From assembly GCA_964016885.1 (NCBI GenBank), contig OZ024742.1, positions 272,676,001 through 272,740,000 on the forward strand: 64,000 bases of DNA, written 5' to 3'. Position numbers and translations under genes: made by a program. Position 1 is the first letter of the stretch. Each line of letters starts with the position of its first letter. Shown piece by piece: positions 23,760 to 35,700 of the stretch. This stretch comes from Eledone cirrhosa. Lineage: Eukaryota. The notes below the pieces were generated by a model. That model saw nothing but the letters and a program-made list of their open reading frames with translations, made no database searches and was not told where the DNA came from.

Positions 23760-25060
23760 AATTGAACGAATCATTTTTTGTCGGCATAAATCAGCAACGA
23801 AATTCGAGAACATTAGACCAACTTAATTCCTTCTTATCTATTCCTTAACCCTGATTGTACCATTTGGATCTACTAGGATACCACATTATCAGCAGCATCT
23901 TGACTATTATAATTACCAAAGAACAGCATCAAAACCTCTTATATTTACATTCTTATTTTATATATCTATATCTTTCACTCTCTATATATACATCTCTCTC
24001 CCTAAACTTATTTCATCTCTTTCATTTTACCATATCATATAATATATCTTAAACTAGTTAATTTACTTATTAAAATAACCAATACACACATAAATATATA
24101 CAATATTATCATATTTTCAACTCAATATCTATCCATGTATTTAACAATTATCAAAAACTATACTCAATAACCTTAACATATTTAAATATTCTCCGTACTT
24201 TTTTACACATTTATTTATTTATTTTCATCTCCATTTTAACATATTATACCATTTTATTATACATAAGATGTTATTTATTTATCTATTTATTTATTCATTC
24301 ATTTATTTATTTATGTATTTATTTATTTACTTATTTATGTATCTATCAATTTATATATATATTTTTTTTTATATATACATTATTTTTTTTTAAATATATT
24401 TTTTCATTTATTTCTTCATATATTTCTATACATCTATCTTTATTTTTACTTACATTTATTCATGTATTAACGTTTATTCATCTATTTTCCTCTCTACCTT
24501 CTTCTCTCCATCTTATTTCTACTTGTGTTTGTCTATCATACTCGTCTGTTTGTCCGTCTTCATTTTTCTCTCTATCCTACGATATCTCTACTTGTGTTTT
24601 TTTTAGCTGTAATAATTTTCTCATGTTCTTCTTCTTTCTCTATCTCTTTTTCTTTTTCCTACTTCGTCTTTCTCTATCTCTTTTTCTTTTTCCTTCTTCG
24701 TCTTTCTCTATCTCTTTTTCTTTTTCCTTCTTCGTCTTTCTTCTTCCTTCCTTTCTATCTTTATTATATCTTTCCCCTTCCTTTTTTTCTCTCCATTTAT
24801 TTATTATTAATACTTTTATTGATGTGGTAATTTGAATTCGTAAATTTGCCGGTTACGCAGATATATATAATTTCTCCCAGTCTCTGAGGATATGATGGAG
24901 CTAACATGTATTTTAATTTGAGTGACACTACTTTCAGTGTATAGCAATTTTTAGACAATTCTATCAATGAAACAATTGTTAGAATATAAATAAATCTACT
25001 TTTTTGTACTGTTGACCATGTTATTCTCAACTTTTTCAATTTTATATATACATATATATA
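23760..25060 (+). mobile_element. 3' end of another Naiad-like PLE (CRH C-terminus, low-complexity UTR, HHR-like motif at 24879-24985)
   Basis: TGT CGG CAT AAA (CRHK) at ~23779. Downstream TCT-CTGAGGA..TGATGGAG/TTCTATCA..GAAA-CAATTG-TT|AGA. Confidence 0.55.
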
Positions 25061-25189
25061 TATAAATTCATAAGGATATATATGTATATATTTAAACATA
25101 ATCACAGATACATATATGAGTGTGGCTGCCTTCCACGGTTTGGCTCAATGAAAAAATTAATTAAGCAAATAATTATTAATAATAGTTAT

Positions 25190-25922
25190 ATAAAATTTTA
25201 AGGTTGAAGAACAGTCAGATAAAATATATCCAATTTTTCTTCTCCTTAGTCCGTAGAATTTAACTAGATAAATAATCATTTAAACGGAGCTAAGTTTAAA
25301 ATGTAACTTCGAAGAAATAACAGACATATATATATCCTTATGAATTTATTCTATACACCCTTTCAGTTGAGTAAACCTTAGGCGGTAACTAACTGCTCCT
25401 TCTAGCAACGAATCTACCTACCATCCGGCCTACCCTTCACACCCTTCTAATTTGACCGCTAGCCACGTGATAATTCTTACCCATTTTGAATTCATTTCTG
25501 GCGGCGATCACTGTAGAAATTTTAGTCCTCTTGAGGGAGTCTCTTTATAGGCTAGAAACCACATGGATAATAACAGAATTGGATATATCCAAAAAGTACG
25601 AACGAAACTATCGATATTCGGGACTAGAAGAATTTTGGTAAAGTTTATATAGATTTTTTCTTCAAACTTGCATTTTAGATTTAGCTCCGTTTAATTGATT
25701 ATTTGTCTAATTAATTACTACGGGCTAAGAAGAATAACTAGGTAAATTGTATATGGCTGTTCCCAGCAAGGGACAATATGTATCATTTATCTGTTATTTC
25801 TTCGAAGTTACATTTTTAATCTAGCCGCCGTTTAAATGATTATTTATCTAGTTAATTTCTACGGACTAAGGGGAAGAAAAATTGGATATATTTTATCTGA
25901 CTGTTCTTCAAACTTATAATTT
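25190..25922. repeat. Inverted repeat (~135-bp arms) with an internal diverged third copy
   Basis: 25190-25325 is the reverse complement of 25790-25922. 25655-25765 is a diverged tandem copy of the right arm. Confidence 0.8.
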
Positions 25923-26024
25923 ATATATATATATAGAGAGAGAGAAAGACAGATGATATCTTATAGATAGATAGTAATAATAAATAACAAACGCCAAAAT
26001 CCAAAGAAGACTCTAGAAGGGTTA

Positions 26025-26086
<62 letters not shown>

Positions 26087-26216
26087 GTACATATGCACTC
26101 GTAGAGCAGATATCTATGATTAGTACAGATTAAATGTTTAAGTAATAAATTACAGCAGGTTTGCTTAGGGTGTAATAGAAAATGTAATGCTTAATATTTT
26201 AATTTATATTAATAAT

Positions 26217-26305
<89 letters not shown>

Positions 26306-27195
26306 GACAGGGGGGGGGGGAGAAAAATGGCTTCACTTGTGCTTTCAACAAATTTATTTTCTTCACAAAATCCAAAAATAATTTTTTTCCGGATTATAAA
26401 AAATGTTTTTCTTAAAAAATATTTTTTTTATAAATTAGGTTGTTGGTTGTTGGTTAGGTCTTAGGAGTTCTTGGTTAACGTAGGAGGTATTGTTTCGTTT
26501 TTAGAAAGACCTTTCACGCTGAGGTGCGCTTGTCAAACTGATGTGTATGTGGTCTGTTGTTCTATATATAGGGATTCAACATATCTGTGGTGTGGTGGAT
26601 TTTTTTTTCTCCCCCTTTAATAAGTGTGGGGGTGTAGTTGTGTTGAAAAAGTGTTAATAGCAGTAATGAGTTGAGACAGTGAGTAGGGTTGGGTGGGGAG
26701 AAATGTAGCAAGTGCGGCCTGCCCCGGTCATTCTCGAAAAATTCCTTTATTCAGGGGAAAAACCTTTTAGTATTCCTTTGTGTTGAGAATGGTCATAGGC
26801 AAACCGCACCTGCCAAGCTTGTAAACAATTTTTTTTTTTTAAGAAGAATTTTTCTACGTCCATCCCAAAATTAGTCCTTTGTTCAACACACACATATGTG
26901 CGTATATACGTACATACACACAGGGCATATGCAGAAATATATAGGCACACACCATCAATCACACACCCATGTACATATACATCCACATACATGCATAAAA
27001 ACATATAAAGACACATATAAAAACACATATACACATACGTACACACACGAATATGTACTCATACCTCCACATGGGTATATATATATATACATACATACAT
27101 ATATATATATGTGTATATATGTGTCTTTATATGCTTGTGTGTACACATATATATATGTATATGTGTATGTATGCGTGCGTATGTGTATATATATG

Positions 27196-27228
<33 letters not shown>

Positions 27229-27300
27229 GTATGTATGTTTATGTATGTGTATATATGCATGTGTGTATGTATGTATTTGTATGTGTATGTGTATGTGTAT

Positions 27301-27338
<38 letters not shown>

Positions 27339-27419
27339 ATATATAGATATGTATATATGTGTATATGTATGTATATGTGTGTATGTGTCTGTATGTGTTT
27401 ATGTGTACATATATATATA

Positions 27420-27465
<46 letters not shown>

Positions 27466-27474
<9 letters not shown>

Positions 27475-28813
27475 CGTAAAATAAGAAAATTATAAAAATT
27501 AACTTACTTACTAAAATTTCACTCCAACTAATTAGTTTCTGAAAGGGAATAAACATAGTTCCCGAAGAAACGTACGGAGAAGCCTTTCGTCATCAGGGAA
27601 GTCTATTCTCAGCTAAGATTCCAGGCAATACGTGGACACAGGGAACTTATACAAAAATAATTCAGTGGATGGAAAAAAGCAAAGCGTGGACTAAGTTCCA
27701 AGCCATTGAAAAAATGCATCTGTATATATATGTTAGTAGATATACTAATTCTTTATAATTATCTCCAAATTATTTTGTCGAACCAAAATTGGCCAAAACT
27801 GCTACTATAGTTCATAGTAACAGTCTGGCTGCTGTCTTCTTAACAAACCACTCTTCACTGATTGACCTCGATGTGACGTGATTGATTCTTTTGAATTTGC
27901 CACCAACGCAGTAGGCAGTGATATTTTCAATGGCTTGGAACTTAGTCCACGCTTTGCTTTTTTCCATCCACTGAATTATATTTGTATAAGTTCCCTGTGT
28001 CCACGTATTGCCTGGAAACTTAGCTGAGAATAGACTTCCCTGATGACGAAAGGCTTCTCCGTACGTTTCTTCGGGAACTATGTTTATTCCCTTTCAGAAA
28101 CTAATTAGTTGGAGTGAAATTTTAGTAAGTAAGTTAATTTTTATAATTTCCTTATTTTACGTCTCTCATATTATTGTTCTGCATCCCCATGCATTGAACC
28201 TCAAAGTTATTAAGACAAAGCCTACATATTTGCTGTCATAGGTATGCATCTATATATATATGTTAATAGATATACTAATTCTTTATAATTATCTCCAAAT
28301 TATTTTGTCGAGCCAAAATTGGCCAAAACTGCTACTATAGTTCATAGTAACAGTCTGGCTGCTGTCTTCTTAACAAACCACTCTTCACTGATTGACCTCG
28401 ATGTCACGTGATTGATTCTTTTGAATTTGCCACCGACGCAGTAGGCAGTGATTTTTTCAATGGCTTGGAATTTAGTCCACGCTTTGCTTTTTTCCATCCA
28501 CTGAATTATATTTGTATAAGTTCCCTGTGTCCACGTATTGCCTGGAAACTTAGCTGAGAATAGACTTCCCTGATGACGAAAGGCTTCTCCGTACGTTTCT
28601 TCGGGAACTATGTTTATTCCCTTTCAGAAACTAATTAGTTGGAGTGAAATTTTAGTAAGTAAGTTAATTTTTATAATTTTCTTATTTTACGTCTCTCATA
28701 TTATTGTTCTGCATCCCCATGCATTGAACCACAAATTTACTAAGACAAAACCTATATATTTGCTGGCATAGGTATGCATCTGTATATATATGTTAGTAGA
28801 TATACTAATTCTT

Positions 28814-28817
<4 letters not shown>
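27466..28817 (+). mobile_element. Non-coding module: 250-bp inverted arm plus 2.1 tandem copies of a 530-bp unit, each with an HHR motif
   Basis: Unit starts (ATGCATC) at 27714, 28244 and 28774. 27466-27714 is the reverse complement of 27922-28171. Confidence 0.88.
28036..28114 (+). ncRNA. Hammerhead motif with extended stem II (copies at 28566-28644 + and 27522-27600 -)
   Basis: TTCC-CTGATGA-C GAAAGG...CCTTTC A-GAAA-CTAATTAG-TT|GGAG. Stem III ACTAATTAGT is palindromic. There is a C.A mismatch at the base of stem II. Confidence 0.68.
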
Positions 28818-28848
<31 letters not shown>

Positions 28849-28850
28849 GC

Positions 28851-28898
<48 letters not shown>

Positions 28899-29094
28899 AT
28901 GTGTGTGTGTGTATGCATGTATGTGTGAACGGATGTATATATACGGACATATGTATATGTGTGTGTGTGTGTGTGTATGTACACGTATGTGTGTGTATGT
29001 GTGCGTGTATGTGTATATATATGTATATTTATTTATGTATCTTTATGTGTGTATATGTATGTATATGTATGTATGTATATATATATATATATAC

Positions 29095-29508
29095 CCCGGG
29101 AGAGATGACCCCCTTAGCCTTTGTCAAGGCAGAATTCTAGGAGAAGGAAAACTCTGATATAACACCTGCAACCCTGATGGTATCCAATGATGTTGACTTG
29201 TTCTTCTTTTTGGTAAATATCATCTTGGTTAAGAGAGTGGGACTGGCTTTGTGCAGTGCCTTTGCTCACTATAAAAGCTTCACAGCACAGGCATTGCTTT
29301 ATATCTGGAGATCTCTCTGCACTTGTCATCACATGGTACCATGGGCCCTGCACTATGTGTCAATAATGGTCACAAGTGTAGTCTTTGTACCAGAGTTTTC
29401 AAGTCGCTGGCTGGACTAAAAAGTCACATTCGTTCAGCGCATCGGTAGGGGTTCTCCTACATGGATATAAAGTAGTGGCCGTACTCGAAAACGAGTTGGC
29501 AGCCACCA
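29095..29508 (+). mobile_element. Non-autonomous RTE-derived element, 5'-truncated copy
   Basis: RTE-like 5' motif CTAGGAGAAGGAAAACTCTG. The 3' end encodes KCSLCTRVFKSLAGLKSHIRSAHR* (C2H2 typical of RTE C-termini). A highly similar inverted copy lies at 52910-53318. Confidence 0.7.
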
Positions 29509-30364
29509 TATATATACCCATGTGGAGGTATGAGTACATATTCGTGTGTGTACGTATGTGTATATGTGTTTTTATATGTGTCTTTATATGTTTTTATGTA
29601 TGTGGATGTATATGTACATGGGTGTGTGATTGATGGTGTGTGCCTATATATTCCTACATATGCCCGTGTGTGTATGTACGTATATACGCACATATGTGTG
29701 TGTTGAACAAAGGACTAATTTTGGGATGGACGTAAACAAATTCTTCAGAAAAAATAATTGTTTACAAGCTTGGCAGGTGCGGTTTGCCTATGACCATTCT
29801 CAACACAAAGGAATACTAAAAGCTTTTTCCCTGAATAAAGGAATTTTTTGAGAATGACCGGAGAAGGTCGCACTTGCTACATTACTCCCCACCCAACCCT
29901 ACTCACTGTCTCAACTCATTACTGCTATTAACACTTTTTCAACACACCTACACCCCTACACTTATTAAAGGGGGAGGAAAAAAAAGAAAAAGAAATAAAA
30001 AACCCCACCACACCACAGACATGTTAAATTCCTATAAATAGAACAACACACCACATACACATCAGTTTGACAAGCGCACCTCAGCGTGAAAGGTCTTTCT
30101 AAAAACGAAACAATACCTCCTACTTTAACCAAGAACTCCCAAGACCTAACCAACAACCGACAACTTAATTTATAAAAAAAAATTTTTTAAGAAAAAAATA
30201 TTTCTAATCCGGAAAAAAATTCTATTTGGATTTTGTGAAGAAAATAAATTTGTTGAAAGCACAAGTGAAGCCATTTTTTTCTCCCCCACTCTCTTAATAT
30301 ACCTAACTGTACCAAAGATTACACACATTTTCCAATATATATATATATATATATACATATATAC

Positions 30365-30419
<55 letters not shown>

Positions 30420-30422
<3 letters not shown>

Positions 30423-32160
30423 ACAATCTAAGTCAATGAAAAACATTCTAACACATGCCAAGTACTGCCAACCACAACAACGAAACCCACTGTAAAAGAA
30501 TGCAATAGACCCAACTGTGGCATATGTATGCCACAGTTGGGTCTATAATAGAGGGTTCGGAATTCTATTTAAAATAGGGACAACGTTTTATAATATAACA
30601 CAATTTTACATGCGCATCGGATAATCTAATATATGTATTAGCTTGCTCAGGTTGTCGAGAACAATACATAGGCCAGAGTAAAAATAGCCTCGGCCAACGC
30701 ATGACTGTCCATAGATCCAAAATTAAAATACGGGAATAAAGAAAAATTCCACTCAGTGAACACATTGATACCTGTGCCGCCCAAAATCATCCCAACTTCA
30801 GAATCTTTCCCCTCTACAAATGTAAAGAGTATGCCACCCACACCCAGCGCATCAGCAAGGAATCTCACTTTATTAACAAATACGGACCCCGTCTAAACAC
30901 TCCTCCCACAACATACACATGTGACACCAACCCACAACATACACACCTACATCATACCTACATCAGCATACATCCTACAAACATTTCTATCCACATATAA
31001 ATACAATGATATACGTAAACACACATGTCCTATCATGCAACACAAATATACACAAATGTGCATACCTTTTGATGTTTATATATGTAAACGTGCCGACACA
31101 CACACATACACATACGCACACTTGTATTGCACATTGATGGGCACATATATATTTGTACACAAGTATCCCATATGGCAGGGCCTAATGGATTCCCCTTGCA
31201 GTACGTACAATCTGGGCACTCACTCACACATTGGTGTTATGACAATACTATACATCATTTCACCTCTTTTATTATTGATGTTTTTGATGTTCTTTTGAGA
31301 GAATCATTTTTGCAAATGACTGAACATATCGAATAATTTACACCATTTTTACCAGTATCACAAAAATACTGGTCCATCCACACACACACACACCTACACA
31401 CATATACACACACACACACACATACACACGCGTACACTAACATACAAACAGACATGCACACATAATTCTGCGTATAAGACAAGACCTGAAAAATATGTTT
31501 CAACATGTTAAAGTACCCCCCCCCCCCCCCACACACGTACACACACATTCCTACTGACCGATTCATTCCCTCTACGACGAACCACTCTGCAACACACACA
31601 CAAACAAACATATTTGTCTTAATAGACACCTGAACTGTTGACCTTTCAACATGACTGCAACTCACACACACATCCCTACTGACCATTATCACAACAATGA
31701 ACCTCTTTACTACACACACACACACACATATTTGTTTTAATAGACATGTTTTTCAGTGTCTTCTCAACATGACTGCAACTCAATCAAGCGAAAAAGGACA
31801 CTCTTCGACAAACCTACATTTGGCGCTAAACCAGTTCGCGCTAAAATTAATTTTTAACATTCACGTGACCTCTACTGATGAATCATATTTGTTTTGACTA
31901 CAAGAATTTTTGCAACACGAATTGGCACGAAATGTATAGTACTTATTCAAGTGATATTCAACAACCAACCAAATCTTAATACCTCTGGAGCCACATTTTC
32001 ACATAAAACAGGAAGCATTTCCAAATTGATCAGATTAGAGCAAACATCAGGAGCCCTCTATAACAAAATTATTTTGAAAAGCATTAGAAATGCGTAACCG
32101 GTAAATACTTAAAACTAAAACTGAATACTAACCAATACTTATTACTAATTTATACTTTTT
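30420..32160 (+). mobile_element. 5'-truncated PLE: GIY-YIG endonuclease remnant (30420-30900, Neptune-like) plus 3' pLTR
   Basis: Translation across stops gives CNRPNCGIC...FTCASDNLIYVLACSGCREQYIGQSKNSLGQRMTVHRS...ESHFINKYGPRLN. Degenerate CTGATGA..GAAA at 31875-31932. Confidence 0.82.
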
Positions 32161-32220
32161 CCTAATCAAACTATTTTAGACTGGAAAAAAAAATTTGTCA
32201 GCATTGTCTTTTCCTTTTTA

Positions 32221-32282
<62 letters not shown>

Positions 32283-32709
32283 AAGAGAGGGAGATTGATA
32301 GACAGAGAGAGAAGCACAACGCACCCGCATCAAACAAATGTAGATACACATATTTAAATAAATATCTACATATATTATTTCCATATTGCGTGTGGGGAAA
32401 TATTTGTACGTACAATTAATGTGCCTATATTCATACGCATATATCTAATAGTATAATCATAGCGTATTGAGGTGTGTGGCAGTCTGCTTTTTAGTATATA
32501 TATATATACTTAGGTATACCCTAATGTTTGTTGAGTGAGATGGAGTGGGTCAGAGTATTGCTTAAGTCTTTCTCTGTTAATGTATTAAATATATATATAT
32601 GTGTATATATCCAGGGGGTGTAACCTGGAGTTACTGTAGGTTCACCCTGGAGAGCACTCGATGTTTAGGTTCACTTCTGTGATGAGGTGTAGAGCTCTAC
32701 AGAGTGTAC

Positions 32710-35700
32710 TATATTGAAAGGATAACAAGGACGATTGATTACTCCTTCATTGCATTTATTGGCAGGTGAAACGCGTTTCTCCACTGATCAGCTCAAGGTT
32801 CGATCCGTATCAATCTACCAGACAATAATCGGCGGCTCGACGGACCCTTTAAAATTCTATAAGAATCTGAAATACGTGCTATGTGGTAAAGACAGAATTT
32901 CAAGAGCTTGACGATATGAGTTGTTTTGATTTGTGGGAGGGATCAGAGGGATGTACTGGCCTAGTGTATGTGGGGATGTGGTGATGAGATGTTGGTGACG
33001 GTCACTGACTGTGATGGGCTGTGGTGGTGGCGGGTTGGCTTTGGCCTGTAGTGTATGTAGGGGTGGATGTGACGATGAGATGGTGTTGCGGTCGCTTACT
33101 GGGATGGGCTGTGTGTAGGGGTAGTGGGTTGTCGATAGACGGGTTGGCGTGTGTGGGGTGTGGTTGTGGTGTTGTTGTTTATGGTAGTGGCGTTTGTGGT
33201 GGTGTGGTGGATGTGTTCGTGGTGTCGTGTCCTTGGGGAGATACCTAGACATTCTTAGTCTGACAAATACGTTGTATATATATACATATATGTATACATG
33301 CGCATACATACTGATATGTATATACACGTAGATACCCACATACACACACGCACAGTCGCGCCCACACATATCCACACACACACATATATCCATATGCATA
33401 TATACACACATGTATGTGATATGCGCGCGTGTGGATATATATAGAGAGAGTGGAGGAGTATCGGTGGGGCTGGCGTAGGACAAAGACGGAGGGAAGGTGA
33501 GAGCCAATGGAGATGGTGTTATACATAGATACATACACATACATACACACATACACCCATACGGATATGCGCACATACACGTACACACAGAAACACACAT
33601 GTATACACACACGAACACACACATACACATATATGTATATATACACATACACACACACATACATATTAATATATACATATACATATATATGTGGATACAC
33701 GCATGCATATATATACGCACGTATATATACAAAAAATACTTACACACAGACACACAAACTTGCATTGGTTCGAGAAGGGATGTAAGTGTTGGCGGTGTTG
33801 ACGAAGTATGGAGTTGTGTCTTGTGGTGGTGGTGGTGGTGGATTTGTGAGCGACAAACACATACAGGATCGAATATTACGTTGGGTTACAGGTTAAAAGG
33901 TGACATAGGGAACGCGGGGGAAAGGAGTTTATGGACGTATAGCGATGTGTTGTGGTCATGGTGGTGGTGGTTGTGATGGGGTGATATGTTCGACAAAATG
34001 ATTACATGATCAGAAGTTACGGTGGGTTACAGGGTAAGGCAGACGGGGGGGGGGGGTCGGATATAACACAGTCGATCTGGAGTGAGGGATGATATGTGTT
34101 GAGGATGTTAATGATGTTAATGATTGTTGAAATATGTGGATGTATCTAGTGGTGGTGGTTGTGGTGTGTGCGACAGTACATTTACAGGGTCGAATTTAAC
34201 GTGGAAAGTCGAATTTTCGATTAGTCCAATTGGACATTACGAACTACTACGCATCCATATCCCCAATCATCCTTAACAAGGCACTGATCTCAGCCATGAA
34301 CAGATCAAGCCTCACTAGAAAGGAAGTGAACATAATACTAACAGCTAGGAAAACTTTACTAGAATTCGGCGGTAGATGGTGGGAACGACAGAATAGACCA
34401 GAGAGCTTCGACATCACCATGGGATCGACTGACTCCGCACAGGTTACAGATATAGTAGGGATATACCTCCTAAATATATTAACAGACGAGATCCCCTCCT
34501 TGGGCGTTGGCTTATACCGTGACGATGCCCTACTATTGACCCGTGGACCATAATTAACTCAATAGTTAAAAGCGTCTCCAATAGAGTGTCCACCCTGTTG
34601 GCTAATAGAAATATATTCAACTAGCACGCGGAATACTACAACTCCGCACTTGTAAACGCTGGTTACACCGAGAAGATTTCTTACATCGATCCAAATAGAA
34701 CCGCAACGCCGCTAAACATAACCGTACCCTTAGAAACGAACATAGAAGAAATCTCCACACCTAAGACAAATAATAACATAAGACGGCAGGGCAGCCAGCG
34801 CCACACACAACTGTCAAGGAGATAAAGCCATACTCCCCAACCCCAATAAGGACTCCGACTATCGCACACGTTTGTGTAGCAATAGAGACAAAAGACATAA
34901 CGCCAATAGATTACTTGGAACGCCTACGACACATACGCGTGACCAAAACACACACAAACTACCACCCAACCACAAAAACCTCACTAAACCCCGCAGAAAC
35001 CGAAGTAGACCTGTCACATGGTATTCTACACACGTCGCCACCAATATACCGGGAACCTTCTTCAGGGCTCTCGAACAATATTGTCCACGCACACATAAAT
35101 ACCACAAGCTCTTCAATAGACACACTGTAAAATTCTCTTTCTCCACAACACCAAATCTAGGCCACACAATAGCACACACTAATAGGACAAAAATACGAAA
35201 CGACATGGTTGCCCCACAAAAAACCACCACTACAACCTAGAAAGAAACCACAGACACAACACAACACAACAAACCACACATAGGCCCACACCGCATGACA
35301 CAAACCGCAAACGTGCCACCACACCGATTACACCCAACTGCAACTGCAAAAAATGTGCCGAATGCCCACTAAACGGGGAGTGTCTCGTTAAAAACATTGT
35401 TTACCGGTGTGATGTCACAGCCGGCAATAAGGAGTGCTCATATATAGGTGCGACATCAAGTTTAAGGAGCCCTGTTATAACCACAGAAGCTCATTTAAAC
35501 ATAGCCTGAAACGATCCCAAACCAGACTGGCCGATTTGATCTGGGACCTCAAGCACAGGAATATCGAACCCCAGATCTCGTGTTCAATGAAAAGACGGGT
35601 GTCACAAATCCCCAGTGACAGAACCCACTGCAGGTTATGCCTGGCTGAGGCGGCGGAAATAATTAATTTAAAATCTGCCATAAACTATAGGTCGGACATA

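Larger units (their letters stand above)
26302..30297. repeat. Long inverted repeat, ~780-bp arms (26302-27080 and 29507-30297) enclosing nested insertions
   Basis: For example, AAATGGCTTCACTTGTGCTTTCAAC pairs with GTTGAAAGCACAAGTGAAGCCATTT, and ATACCTCCACATGGG with CCCATGTGGAGGTAT. Confidence 0.9.

Noticed and set aside
29785-29862. SECIS-like ATGAC..TGAC hairpin
   Set aside because: The helix register does not give the tandem G.A quartet. It is better read as a plain imperfect hairpin.
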